Shown here one piece after another: positions 24,672 through 38,490 of a stretch of DNA of 64,000 nucleotides. The notes beneath the pieces were generated by a model. The model was not told where the DNA came from, did not search any database, and worked only from the letters and a program-made list of their open reading frames with translations. Location of the stretch: the NCBI GenBank assembly GCA_038087875.1, contig CM075991.1:4588001-4652000 (forward strand), read 5' to 3'. The stretch comes from Malacoraja senta. Lineage: Eukaryota. Made by a program: the position numbers and the translations under genes. The stretch's first letter is position 1. Each line of letters opens with the position of its first letter.

Positions 24672-25352
24672 TACCACCCCTCCCCAGGTATTTTTTCCTG
24701 CAACCACAGAAGATGCAACACCTCCTCCCTCGACTCTGTCCAGGGACCCCAAGTCCTTTCAGATTAGGCAGAGGTTCACGCATCTCCTCCAACCTCATCT
24801 ACTGTATCCGTTTTTCAGTTTGTGGACTCTTATACATCGGTGAGACCAAACGCAGACTGGGCGATCGCTTCGTGGAACACCTTCGCTCAGCCCGCCTGAA
24901 CCTACCTGATCTCCTGGTTGCTGGACACTTTAATTCTCCTTCCCATTCCTTCACAGACCTTTCTGTCCCAGGTCTCCTCCATTGTCAGAGTGAGGCTAAA
25001 TGCAAATTGGAGGAACAGCATCTCATATTTCGCTTGGGCAGCTTGCAGCCCAGTTGTATGAATATTGATTTCTCTCATTTCAGGTACCCCGGCATTCCCT
25101 CTCTCTATCCCTCCCCCATCCAAGTCGCACAAGCTTCTCGTTACAGCTTACAATGGCCTGTTTCCTTTATCATTGTTACATTTATGCATATCTTTCATTC
25201 ATTGCTCTTTATCTCTCCACATCACCGTCTTTCTCTCGTTTCCCTTATCCCGAACCAATCTGAAGACGGGTCTTGACCTGAAACGTCACCCATTCCTCCT
25301 CTCCAGAGATGCTGCCTGTCCCGTTGAGTTACTCCAGCTTTGTGTGTCTATC
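24672..25352 (+). mobile_element. Penelope-like element 3' fragment (GIY-YIG endonuclease plus terminal repeat)
   Basis: SSNLIYCIRFSVCGLLYIGETKRRLGDRFVEHLRS...LEEQHLIFRLGSLQP..MN; followed by CTGAAGACGGGTCTTGACCTGAAACGTC and the short repeat body. Confidence 0.9.
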
Positions 25353-25969
25353 TTTGAGTCATACATGTTATCTTGTTATCCAATGGCTCCTTGTTCTTTC
25401 TAAAATGGCTTTTGCATTCTCTATATTATGATGACCAGGATTTCATGTCATTGACTGTCTGGCACTCAAGGATTTCCTGAGGTCATGAATGGCAATACAG
25501 AAATATTTTACATTATTAATTGATTCACTGATACAGCTTGAAAACAGGCACTTCAGCCCACCGAGCCCACTCCGACCATCGATCACCCGTTCAAACTAGT
25601 TCTCTGTTATCCGACTTCTGTATCCACTCCTAACGGGCAATTTACAGAGGCTAATTAACCTACAAACCTTCACGTCTTTGGGATGTGGGTGGGAACCAGA
25701 GCACCCGGAGGAAACCCATGTGGTCACAAGGAGAACCTTCCACACAGACAGCATCCGAGTTAGAATCAATCCTTGGTCTCCGGTGCTGAGAAGCAACAGT
25801 TCTAGCAGCTGCGCCACTGTGCACTGCATAATTCTATTGTCCTTGCAATACAGAGATCTCACTGAATATTTTCAATTTATTTCATTACGTCTTGTTCAAC
25901 AAAAATAATTTGACTTCACACCTATCCAGAATCAAGCTGCTACCTTTACTTACATCTAAAGCCAGTCCC

Positions 25970-26345
25970 ACACTTGTCCTTATACCTCCTCCCTCGACTC
26001 CATCCAGGGACCCGACAATCCTTTTAGGTGAGATAAAGGGTCACATGTTCCTCCTCTAATCTCATCCACTGCATCCGTTGTTCGCGATGTGGGCTCCTGT
26101 ACATTGGAGAGACCTAATGTAGACTCGGCAACTGTTACGCTGAATACTTATGCTCGGTCCGCCGAGGCCTATGGGATCTCCAATGGTTGCCAACCATTTT
26201 AACTCCCCTTCCCATTCCCATACTAACATTTCTCTCCTGGGATGCCTCCATTGCCACACGCAAATTGGAGGGACAGCAACTCATATTTTGCTTGGGTAGC
26301 TTACAACTCAGTGGTATGATCGTTAAATTCTCGAATTCTAAGTAA
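25970..26345 (+). mobile_element. Decayed Penelope-like GIY-YIG fragment
   Basis: Paralogous to ~24715-25085 (CIRCSRCGLLYIGET*...). Confidence 0.8.
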
Positions 26346-28639
26346 CTTCTACCTACGTTCCCTTGCCTCTTTCCTCCCCCCTACTCATTTAAACCAGTTC
26401 TCCACATTGTATCCCTCTTGAATTCACACCTTCCCAAGCCAGCAATGGGCCTACCAGAAAACCACCCTGCCTGTGGTCATTTGTGGCAGGTCCTGATTGA
26501 TCCTGGCCTATTTGCGCCTCCAGCGCTTCACCACCCCTCCCCCTCCCCCGCTCACAAGACGAGGAACACGGTCAGAGGAAACAGGTCCTTGGAGTCCACG
26601 CAGACTAGCGATCACCCATACACAAGTTAGTCCTCCACACTTACAGAACATTTTATAGGATCAATTTACAGAAGTTAGTTAACCAACAAACGTGGGAGTG
26701 TGGGAGGAAACCGGAGGAGCTGGAGAAAACCCACGCGGTCACAAACTCCATACAGACAGCATCCGTAGTCAGGATCGAACCTGGGTCTCTGGAGCTGTAA
26801 GGCAGCAACTCTACTGCTGTGCCACTGTGCACACCAAATTCTTGATTAGTAAGGGTGTCAAGGGTTATGGGGAGAAGGCAGGAGAATGGGGTGGAGAATG
26901 GAACATCGATCAGCCATGATTGTATGGCAACATCGACTCAATGGGCCGAATGGCCTAATTCTGCCCCTTTGATTTATCAGCACCCTCTTTCCCTCTGCAA
27001 CAATTTCCCTATTCAGAGACTGACCTTCATCAATCTGCCCTCTATACATCAACATAATTGTAATTCCAATTATGTGTATCATTCGAAAACTGTTCAGGTG
27101 CATTTGAATTTGCGTTTAAAACCTAATCCTTACGGATTACTTGTTCTCTAAATGTATACTGGAAGTTTTGTGTTGCAACCGTTGAATAAACTACGCGAGT
27201 CATGTGCCAAAAATGTTCCGATTCCGTAATGGAAAGGTTGAAATGTGCAGATGCTGCAAATCTGAAATAAAAACAGAGGATGCTATAATTACTCAGCAAG
27301 CTAGGCGGCGTCCGGAGAGAGGGAAACAATAGTTAACTTCCAGCTCTGTAATCTATCCTCAGGAGTCCGTTATGTCTTAATAATGTGAACATACCGCTTT
27401 GTTAGGGGTTCGTCGAGTTACAATGGAAATATTTAAGAGCTTCAGATGCAAGTTTAAAAATCACAAGCTGTGCGATCAATACAGCATAATTTTTTTATGC
27501 ACAATTATTCCGGCAATGGTAGTTTCAAAATGTTACTGCAAATCTGATCAAGCTATCTCGAATTACGCTAACCTTTGATCCTACTTATCTGCGGTAATTA
27601 GGTATAGCGATTCAAACTCTAAATTGCATTACTCATGATAGTCATATGTATTCCGCTGCCCCACACAACGTGAATAGAGAATTTCATGGGTTTATTTCCA
27701 AAAAAGAAAATATCTCAGTTATTAATCTATCCCACAACACCCGCGAGTGCAAGAGTAATCGTACGTGGGATATTCATCCACGGGAGGGTTCCTGGAGAAG
27801 TCACACGACTAGGGAGCTCCACTGCTTATACTTCCCTCAACTCGATGAAGACAGTCGGGTCGGACAAGAGTGGGACTCATACGGGAGTTACACTCGGAAA
27901 TTCGGGTAGAGCAGCCAAGGCGTTGTATCTAACAAGGGTTGTGTCCACCGCCAGCGCTGCTGTACGTGTGAAGCTCCACCATCGCCAGTTAATCGGGGTA
28001 AGTTCCGCCCAGAGCTGAGCCCACAAATTCTGGGGAGAACTAACCCACTTCGCTTCGGTACCGATTCCTGTTTCCAGGGCAACTAGCTAAACTTAGCCAC
28101 TGGTGCGCGCTCGGCCAGTCTCTTGACATTGGCAACAAGAATAAAACCGCACACACCTTTCCATATATAGCAGCGGACAGAAATACCCGAGCAATAATGA
28201 AATTCACAACGCACCGTTTTTTGATGGAAGTATGAGGAAGTAGATCCTTTTCTGCCCCTTATTCTTCAGGGATTCGCAGGTACCTTGATCATTGTATCCA
28301 TTTGAAGAGTGTATCAATTAAAAACAAACAGGTCGACATCGTAACTGAATGAGTGGCTGCACTATTGAGCAAAAACATAAAAACGTTCGCACAACAAAAC
28401 AAAAGCGGGATGGAAAATCTGCATGACCACTGAGAAAATCATGCTTCCGCAGAAAATATGAAGCCCTGTCTGTCTATAAATATTGGATGAAGATGTTGTA
28501 TCAGGTGTAGAAACAACTGCAGAGAGAAATTATCAGGCTTGCTTTTCATCAAAACCATCCGCTAATTCGCTTCACGCTGCAGCTATTATTTCATTCATAA
28601 AAATAAAATGATTCTGCAGCGAGCACAATGCAAGTTGCA

Positions 28640-28800
28640 GGAGAGAGCTAGACCCGCCTCCTCGCCCCTTCCTCATTGGTCCAGGCGCCACCCCACCCAC
28701 TTTGCGTCACAATGCCCTGGCCCGCAACTCAGCCGTCGATTGGTCCCTCCTCATGCCAATCAACTGACGTCGTTCGGCACCGGAAGGGTAGGACCTTCGA
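28640..28800. promoter_or_regulatory. Candidate TATA-less promoter, probably of RHOBTB2
   Basis: Non-repetitive CpG-enriched stretch with GC box (28653-28661), three CCAAT/ATTGG boxes (28675, 28739, 28756), CACCC box (28691), CRE-like TGCGTCA (28703) and TGACGT (28765), ETS CCGGAAG (28780); 18 kb upstream of the ATG exon. Confidence 0.6.
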
Positions 28801-28819
28801 CACAGGAGAAGCGAGAGTG

Positions 28820-29242
28820 AAGATACATTGAAGATGCTTGGAGTAACTCAGCGGGACGGGCAGCATCTCTGGAGAGAAGGAATGGATGGATGGATGTGCG
28901 ACGTTTTCGGAAGGAACTGCAGATGCTGGTTTACACCGAAGATAGACACAAAGAGCTGAAGAAGGGTCTCGACACGAAATGTCACCTCTTCTTTGTTTAA
29001 GAAGGAACTGCAGATGCTGGAAAATCGAAGGTAAACAAAAGTGCTGGAGAAACTCAGCGGGCGCAGCAGCGAAGGAAATAGGCAACGTTTCGGGCCGAAA
29101 CGTTGCCTATTTCCTTCGCTCCATAGATGCTGCTGCACCCGCTGAGTTTCTCCAGCACTTTTGTCACCTATTCTTGTTCTCCAGAGATGCTGCCCGACCC
29201 ACTGAGTTACTCCGGCTTGTTTGTGTGCCTATCTATCTTCAG
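28820..29242. repeat. Cluster of nested short Penelope-related elements
   Basis: Several interleaved arms of both subfamilies directly beside the candidate promoter. Confidence 0.75.
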
Positions 29243-32200
29243 AAATAAACACGTACCAAGAAAAGGCCAGGGAACAAGGTGAATCTTCAGTCCAAGTACA
29301 TGCCACCAATTGCTTCTATGCGGTCCCGAAAAACGTGAGGCGTCCCAAGGGATCGCAGGTTTCTCAAACATATTACAATTATATTTGACGCCTGTTTGCA
29401 AATGACTGCAATTCTTTTCGACAATTTCCTGTCGGGTTAAAAGCAGATATGTCATGTTTGTGAGGAATAAATTGTTATTTTGAAACTACTTTGACACTCT
29501 AAAAAAGCAACTTCCCAAAGTTGTTTTTTTCGTAACTAACATTTTCTCTTTTCTTCAATATTGTTACTAACTCTCCTCTTTTTAACTCCTCACCGGACTT
29601 CACAACCGTATGTGACTGTAGATGTCATTGTTGTAGCGCGTTTGTCCAACAATCTTCTCATTTTATTTGAAACTAATGGAAGTACTTTTGAAATGCATCC
29701 AACGTGGTCACAGTTACATTGGCGTAAACGCGAGGCTAATTTATGCAGGGTAAACTCCCAAAATGGAAAACAGATACTTATTGTGATGAAGATAGACACA
29801 AAATACTAGAGTAACTCGGCGAGTCAGGTAACATCTCTGGAGTAAAGGAATAGGTGTCGTTTCGGGTCGAGATCCTTCTTCAGACTGAGTCGGGGAGAGA
29901 AAAACGAGAGGTATGAAAAGGCTCAGAGAGCCGGCACCAATGACCAAGTTTAGGTGGAGTCCACAATGGTCCATTGTTGGCTGTGGGAGAGGTGGTAACA
30001 AATGGAACTTTGGATGCAAACAGTGGAAGTAGCAGGATGACTAGGGTGGCGGAGCGGCGGAGAGAGAGGGAACACAGGGGTTACATAAATTAAGAATGAT
30101 GTTGCATCAGTGATAAGTATTGACCCTTGAAAATACTGTCATGGATCCACCTGAGAAAGGAATTTGCTATTGGTATATTATTGTCACATGTACTGAGATA
30201 CACCCTGCAAAGACTTTGTTTGCATGTTATCCAGCCAAATCATATACATGAGTACAGTCAACCCACACACACACAAGTACCAGAGTGCAGAATATAGCAT
30301 TATAGTTAGAAAACATGCAGATAAAAAGTGCAAGGGTGCAATTAGGTTGGTTTGGAGTTTGTCCCTGCACCCTAAGGTTAACAGAGGACCATTCAGTAGA
30401 TCTGATAACAGTGGGGAAGGAGTGGTTTCTGATTCTGGTGGTATGTGCTTTAGTACGTGCTTATCTGATGGGAGAGAGAAGAAAGACTGACTGGGGACCG
30501 GGGTATGAGTGCTCTTTGATTGTATTGACTGCTTTCCCAAAGTGGAGTATAGGTGATGATAATTGGGGTAGGGGGGGATCTGCTTCATGTGATGGATTGA
30601 AGAAGGGTCCCGACCCAAAACACCATCTGTCCACCGCCTTCCATAGATGCTGCTTCAAATGCTCGAGTTCCTCCAGCACTTTTTTCCCCCAAGATTCTAG
30701 TATCTGCAGTCACAATTCTGCAATTTCTTTTGCTATTGGGCTGAGCTTTTGCCAAACCAAGCTGTGATACATCCCGATGGGGTGCTTTTCCAGTGCATCC
30801 GTGGAAGTTTGTAAGAGCCATTGAAGACATGCCAAACTCCCTTCATTTTCTGAGGAAGTAGAGGTGTCGGTATGTTTTCTTGTCCAAAAAGATGGCATTC
30901 AAATAGTGGAGCACTTTCTCAGCACCGCATTGGAATGTTTGCCTCGATTTTTCTGCTCATGTTTTGACTTGTGGGACTTAAGAGTCATGCAGTGTAGAAA
31001 CAGGCCCTTTGGCCCAACTTGCTCACACAGACTAAAGTCCCATATATATACTAGTCCCGATGCCTGCGTTTGGCTCATATCCCTCTAAACCTGTCCTATC
31101 CATGTACCTGTCCAATTACTTCTTAATCGTAGTGAATTTATGGAATTCCCTGCCACTGAGGGCAGTGGAGGCCAAATCACTGGATGGATTTAAAAGAGTT
31201 AGATCGAGCTCTAGGGGCTAGTGGAGTCAAGGGATATGGGGAGAAGCCAGGCACGGGTTATTGATACGGGATGATCAGCCATGATCACAATGAATGGCGG
31301 TGCTGGCTCGAAGGGCCGAATGGCCTCCTCCTGCACCTATTTTCTATGTTTCTATGTTTCTATGACAGTCCCCACTTGAACTACCTCCTCCGGCATACAC
31401 CCACATCTGCATGAACAAATTACCCCTCAGATTCCTATAAAATCTGGGCAAGAGACTCTGTGTCAACAGTTGAATCAGTTTCCAACAGAGGTGAAAGTGT
31501 TATCCTTTGCAGCAAATCTGACTTCCAAATTGAATCATTATGTAAACCTCAAAATAATTAATCTTGTGATTGCAAGTGGTGAGGTGGAACAATTAAAAAT
31601 CCCATTCAAGCTTTATTGAGAAGACGTTTATATTATATCTACATCATGCTCGCGATGTCTGTGGGATATCTGAAATAAAGGAAATGATGGATATACTCAG
31701 CAGGACACACATGATTCCAATCATTGACATCAGCTCGGTGGCAATGACATTTCTGCCTGGTTTGAGACTTATAGTGCTCGTTTTCCCTCAATTTCTCACA
31801 TTGCTTGAAGATATCTAATTATAAATCATTGCTATTCACTATTTCCTTGAGTAATTTACATACGACCATTTTACATTTTGATGCAGATTATAGAAACAGA
31901 AACATAGAAAATAGGTGCAGGAGTAGGCCATTTGGCCCTTTGAGCCTGCACCACCATTCAACATGATCATGGCTGATCATCCAACTCAGTATCCTGTACC
32001 TGCCTTCTCTCCATACCCCCGGATCCCTTTAGCCACAAGGGCCGCATCTAACTCCCTCTTAAATATAGCCAATGAACTGGCCTCAACTACCTTCTGTGGC
32101 AGAGAATTCCAGAGATTCACCACTCTCTGTGTGACTTTTTTTTTTCTCATCTCGGTCCTAAAAGACTTCCCCCTTATTCTTAAACTGTGACCCCTATGGG

Positions 32201-33590
32201 TTCTATGGGTTTTAAAAACGACCTGTTGTCTGTGATAAAGTGAGGAGCGCATTTCATCTGATAAAGAGACACTTTATTGGATCAGTGAAATTTTGTTTTT
32301 ATTTTTATTTTTTAGAGATGCAGCATGGAAACAGGCCCTTCAGCCCTCAGTTCATGCCAACCATCACCTATTCAATGGTCCGTTATTCCATATGTTCCAG
32401 TTCTATGTTGTCTGTACATCTTTGATTAGTTTCAGTATAATTAAAACAAAAAATTTAAACATTTCTAAAATTAAAATGCATGTTATACAGCTCAATATTA
32501 TCAAGTGGCTAACTTAACTGTTACTTTTCTAAGGCCACAGTTGCAATACCATTTATACACTGCTTGGGGCTGTAACATGAATGAAGAGTTTACAATGTAA
32601 CTCCTGGGTCAGGTTCTGATCAATGAAGTTGCATGAAGTGCGGCATTAATAGGATCCACCACGACAATACTTTTTGTCAATGTAATACCTACCTAGTAAA
32701 AGATCTAAGATGCTTCATAGGGACATAAATAGAAATACAATTTGATATGTAGCAAATTTTATCAGACGGATGAAGACAAGGTTAGCCAGAGAGCTGGGTT
32801 TTGTGTGGTCTCCCACTAGAAACAATGGAAATTGGGAATATACTCAAAGTCAATTAGATAAGCACAGAGATAATGCAGTTTATTTTTTTCAATTTTGAGA
32901 TTTAGGGAGAGACAGGTCCTTCAGCCCACCGAGTCCACATTAACCAGCGATTACCCCGTACGCTAGCACTAGAAACCTCTACGTCTTTGGAGTGTAGGAG
33001 GAAATCGGAGCACCCGGAGAAAAACCACCCGGTTATAGGGAGAACGTACAAACTCCTTCTAGACAGCACCCATAGTCAGGATCAAACCCGGGTCTATGGC
33101 ACTGTAAGGCAGCAACGTTAGCGCTGCGCCACTGTAGCGCCCGCACAGAGATGTTGGCTTGCTGACAAGGCCAGCATGGTCTTAAAAAATAAACTGTTAG
33201 TCACTTAATAATATTGAGTTGTACAAGATGTAATTTCATTTCAGTAATGTTTTAAAATATTGTTTTACATAGTTGAAACTAATTGACTTTGAGAAGGTGT
33301 TGGTGAGCTATCATCTTGAACTGTTGTAATCCTATGTTGGGAAGGGAGTTCAAGAGTTCTAGGAGCAGAATTAGGCCATTTGCCATTCAATCATGGCTGA
33401 TCTATCTTTTCCTCTAAACTCCATTCTTCTGCCTTCACCCCATATCTTGGATTTAGATCCAGCGATGATGAAGGGTTAGGGATGCACGTCTGCGTAAGGC
33501 TGGAATGCAACTCAACATCAAACCTGTGTGGGTGTGCACATGCACCTACTGCTCCTATCCTTCACGGTGTTGGACAAAGTCCGTGAGTTA

Positions 33591-33788
33591 AGGGCCTGTC
33601 CCACTTGGCCGTCATTTGCGCGTCATGCAGATGGCGCACGAAGATTTTGTATATCACAAAATCCTGCGATGCCGCACGCGGCCGTGCGCTACTGCCTATG
33701 GCATCGCACACCATGCACGCATAATGCGCACCACGTAAATGATGTTGCGTACATTATGCGCAAATGACGGCCAAGTGGGACAGGCCCT
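33591..33788. mobile_element. PIF/Harbinger-type MITE (family C, 198 bp)
   Basis: Perfect 31-bp TIR AGGGCCTGTCCCACTTGGCCGTCATTTGCGC; TTA TSD. Confidence 0.9.
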
Positions 33789-33859
33789 TTAGTGAGGAGC
33801 GTGGGTGACTACTCAAGTACATTTTGTACATGGCACACACGATCGCCACTGTGCCCTGC

Positions 33860-34184
33860 TTTAGTTCAGCTTAGTTTAGTGATACAGCGCGGAAATAGGC
33901 CCTTTGACTCACCAGGTCCGCACCCACCAGCGATCCCTGCACATTAACTTTACCCTATGCACACTCGGGATAATATTCCATTAAAAAAAATATACCAAGC
34001 CAATTAATCTACATACCTGTCCATCTTTGGAGTGTGGGAGGAAATCGAAGATTTTGGAAAAAAATCCATGCAGGTCACGGGGAGAACGTACAAATTTCAT
34101 ACAGACAGCACCCATAGTCAGGATCGAACCTGGGTCTCTGGCGCAATAAGGCAGCAACTCTACCACTACGCCACCATGCCGCCC
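33860..34184 (-). mobile_element. tRNA-derived SINE (HE1/V-SINE-like), near full length
   Basis: Same head, central domain and tail as the other copies. Confidence 0.85.
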
Positions 34185-36616
34185 TGTGGTGGTGGAGAGA
34201 TTTAATGTTTAGGGTATTCGATGGGGTCCCAATCCAGACCACAAATGGAAGTGGCTACAGATATAGGGAGTGACAAAAACAAACACAATATTTAAAACAA
34301 CTGATAGGAATAGTTTGTCGAACTTAAAAGAAAATTCAGATGCTTCAGACTCTCTTCACTTAATGATTTTTCTTGCTAGTTTATTTTAAATAGTTGTAAT
34401 TATTATTCAGTTTTGGCATGCTTTCAAAATCTATAATTTGAGACCCTGTATCACCTAAAGCAAGTTAACATCATAAATGTCCCTGAATTTCATCCAAAAT
34501 CATCATTATAATCTAATGAAGCTGAAAAATGTTTGAAATAAAGCAAGCGATTTCTATTCTACAAAATCAATGGAATCTTAACAACTCAATTCTAATGTTA
34601 CCAATGCACGCACAATTTATGTTTCACAAAGCTCACCGATCACGATATATCTGTGTGACTCACCCACTTCAATACCCCATAATTTGCAACTTATTATTTC
34701 AAAATTACTTCAATATGATTTTTACGTCAATGAAAAATTAACCAGCTAGTCAACCAGGAGTGGCACAGTGGTGCAGCTGGTAGAGCTGCTGTCTCATAAT
34801 ACCAGAGACCTGGATTTGATCCTAACCTCAGGTGCCATCTTTGTGGAGTTTGCACATTCTCCCTGTGACTGCATGGGTTTCTTCCCACATCCTGAATACA
34901 TGCGAGTTTGGCCTCTGTAAATTGCCCCCAGTGTGTGGGGATCCTGCCATCGATCACCCGTTCACTAGTTCTATGTTACTGGTACGATTCTGCATGCGTT
35001 TCCGTGCTGTATCTTTCAATCAGTCAGATGAACTCTTGCGTTTTAAAATCTCCAGTGATTTCACACTACATGCATTTCCTTTCAGTGCCAAGATTCTGAT
35101 GTGAAGGTGACTGATCTAAAATGTTAACTGTTTCTCTCTCCACAGATGTTGCCCGAGCCTTTGTATTTTTTAATTCTTTATTCCAGGTTTTCTGCTTTGG
35201 CAGTGTTGCGCTGTTCGGTTCCTTCCAGGGGCAAGACGGTTTCTGTCCCGTGACTGAACCAGTGAATGGCATTCACTGTGCATATTTTGACAAACACGCC
35301 AACAATAAACCAATCACTTGTACCTTACTGTCGTTGTGCATGTGACAGTGAACCTGACTTGATTTTATGACATGATAGCACATTAATGACATATTCTCTC
35401 CAAGAATTTTCCTCCATTTTAGGCTTTAAAATAATTAGTAGCAGGCCAGCTGAACTCAGATACGCACACAATTATAAACAATTGCCTCCTTTTTGTTTCA
35501 GTTTGGATTTATACTTCTCGAGATGGCTGGATAATTTGCTGGTTTGCTGTATATTTCTCAGACAGGCAGCTTCTTGCAATCACTAATGTTACTATGGTAA
35601 CCTAGTGGCAAGAAGACCTGATATGGTGATGTTTCCATTGGGCTACAAAGAAATCCCCAGGTGCGTATTTTTACAAAAATATATTCGGGCTAAGAGAGTA
35701 CCATTTCTTTTTAAAGCAAAGCTCTGGGGTGCGACTCTATCATGGGTATTCCCTTGATATTAATATGGTAATTAAATTAATTGGTGAAATAGAAATCTCT
35801 ACTTATCCTTCGTGTAGTACAGCTGATCTTGGACCTTATGATTCATTGGGTAGGTTCCACGATTGGGGAATAGCAGGTGAGATTGTGTCTGGAGGGAGGG
35901 GAAGGGGGGAGAGGTCATGCAGATAAGATTTTTTTTTTTAAATGGGCAAGTTAAGATGAATAGACCGTTCCTGTGTTCAAAAGTCTACAGAATTTAAATC
36001 CATAATCAAAAATAAAGCTGTAAATGTTTGTTTGGCATTATTACAACTTTTAGACATAGCAGATCTTGGGTCGAGGTTTATCTGAACAGAGAAAGGCTAA
36101 TCCTGCTATTTTTGGCACATACTGTTTTCTTGTAATTTAGCGATAAAGTGCCCACATGGAGTGGGCCCAAGTTTCCACTTTGCCACAAAAAAATGAAGGA
36201 AGCAGCAATTTCAGATTTGGAGTTGGCCCAGAACTTAAGTGATCAATTACGATTTTTGCTCCATTGCTGACCTCATCTTGAATTCATAATTAAATGTTGT
36301 GCAAATGCAACAATGCTGCATGATACAGTAATGTCTAGTGAATTTGGAAAAATAAATCTGAATGTCATTCAATTATAAAACACATGACCGCTATAAGTAG
36401 ATTACATATTATAATGGGGTATAGTTTCCAGGGTAACTAAATGTATATTCATGTGCAAACCGGCTGCAGCTATTTGCCAAAAGGTTAACCTTGGAGAGAC
36501 TTGTATTCATTGCAAAATCTAGTCCTGCCTCATCATTCACATAATATATGCAGCACAATTTTTTGCATGTGGAGAACTAAAAGATATTGGGTATGTTTTA
36601 CACTTCCTCGTGGTTT

Positions 36617-36637
36617 TGTGTGTGTGTGTGTGTGTGT
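36617..36637. repeat. (TG)n microsatellite
   Basis: About 10 TG units. Confidence 0.9.
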
Positions 36638-36669
36638 TTTATAAGATGTATAAAGACATCTTATAAAGG

Positions 36670-38490
36670 GTGATAAATGTTGTGCCTCTATTCAAGAAGA
36701 GCTGCAGGGAAAATGCTGGGAATTATAGGCCAGTGAGCTTAATATCTGTAGTTACGAGAGAGTATTCTGAGGGATAGGATATACTCCAGGCATTTGGACG
36801 GACAAGGGCTGATTAGGGATAGTCAGCATGGGTTTGTATGTGGGAGATCGTGTCTCACAAATCTGATTGAGTTTTTTGAAGACGTGACCAAAAAGAACGA
36901 TGAGGGCAGAGCTGTAGATGTTGTATATATGGGCCAGCAAAGCATTCAACGAGGTTCTGCATGGTAGGCTGCTTTGGAACGTTGGATCGCATGGGATCCA
37001 AGGAGAGATAGCTGAATGGCTAGAAAATTGGCCATGGGAGGAAGCAGGGGGTGATGGTGGAAGGTTGCTTCCTGGACTGGAGGCCTGTGACTCGTGGTGT
37101 GTCTCAGGATTCGTTGCTGGGCCTGTTACTGTTTGTCATCTTGGATGAGAACATGCACAGCAAGATTAGCAAGTTGCAGATGATACAAAAGTGGGTGGTT
37201 TTGCAGATAGCGAAGATGGTTGTGAGAAATTGCAGCAGGATCTTGATCGATTGGCCAGGTGGGCAGAGCAATGCCTGATGGAATTTAATGCAGATAAATG
37301 TGAGGTGTTGTATTTTGGGAAGTCTAACATGGGCAGGACCTACACAGTGAACGGTAGGGCTCTGGGGAGTGTTGTGGAGCAGATGGATCTAGGAGTGCAG
37401 GTGCATGGTTCCTTGAAGGTGGAGTCGCAGGTAGATAGGGTGATCAAAAAGGCTTTTGGCACATTGGCCTTCATCAGTCAGAGTATTAAATATAGAAGTT
37501 GGGAGGTCATGTTGCAGTTGTACTGTATAAGACGTTGGTGAGGCTGCATTTAGAGTATTGCGCTCAGTTCTGGGTACCATGTTATAGAAAATATGTTGTC
37601 AAGCTGGAAAGGGCACAGAGAAGATTTACAAGGATATTGGCAGGGCTAGAGGGTCTGAGCTATAGGGAGAGGTTGAGCAGGCTGGGACTATATTCCTTGG
37701 AGCGCAGGAGGATGAGGGGTGATCTTATGGAGGTGTATAAAATCATGAGAGGAATAGATCGGGTAGATGCACAGAGTCTCTTGCCCAGAGTAGGGGAATC
37801 GAGGAACAGAGGACATAGTTTTAAGGTGAAGGGGAAAAAATTTAATAGGAATCTGAGTGGTAGGCGGTGGGTGTGGCAGGCATGGAAATCGCTATCAAAA
37901 CATGGGGGGGGGGAAACAATTTCTTGCCGGCCGCTCGCGCGCATGCGCACACACGCGAGGCTTCGGCCGTGGGCCCTGTGGATGGTAACATCGGAAGCTG
38001 ACCTGGTTGGTGACAGCAACAGCAGCTTCGTCCGCCCCGAATCATGGGGCTTGAATCGGCCCGTTCGCAGGGGCTTTCATTGGCCGGCGGGGGCTTCAAC
38101 ATCGGGAGCCTCGATCGCCTCGATGCAGCAGTTTGATTTTAAGCCGTTGAAGGCCCCGTGAACAGGCTGATTCAGCCCTTGGAAAGCGTCTGATAAAGTG
38201 CGGATTACAAAACGTGGGGGGGGGGGGACTGTCCCCCACCTCTCAAAGCATGGGGGGACGTGTGTGTCCCCCCCCCCCCCCCGTCCCCCTCAGGTGTGGA
38301 GCAAGCTGCCAGATGAGGTAGACTATCCCAACATTTAAGAAACAGTTAGACTGATACATGGATAGAACAGGTTTGGAGGGATAAGGACAACACGGACACA
38401 GGTGGGACTAATGTAGCTGGGACATGTTAGCCGGTGTGGGCAAGTTGGGTCGAGAGGCCTGTTTCCACACTATATCACTCTATATCTCTA
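36670..38490 (+). mobile_element. CR1-type LINE RT fragment, degraded, with internal insertion
   Basis: NYRPVSL, QHGF, KAF, FAD, LQQDLDRL, FNADKC, YKTLVRLHLEYCAQFW, LERRRMRGDLMEVYKI; many frameshifts; interrupted near 37860-38290. Confidence 0.9.

Noticed and set aside
37499..38161. 220-aa ORF as a novel chimeric protein
   Set aside because: Read-through from a broken CR1 RT into an inserted GC-rich repeat; the upstream RT is frameshifted.
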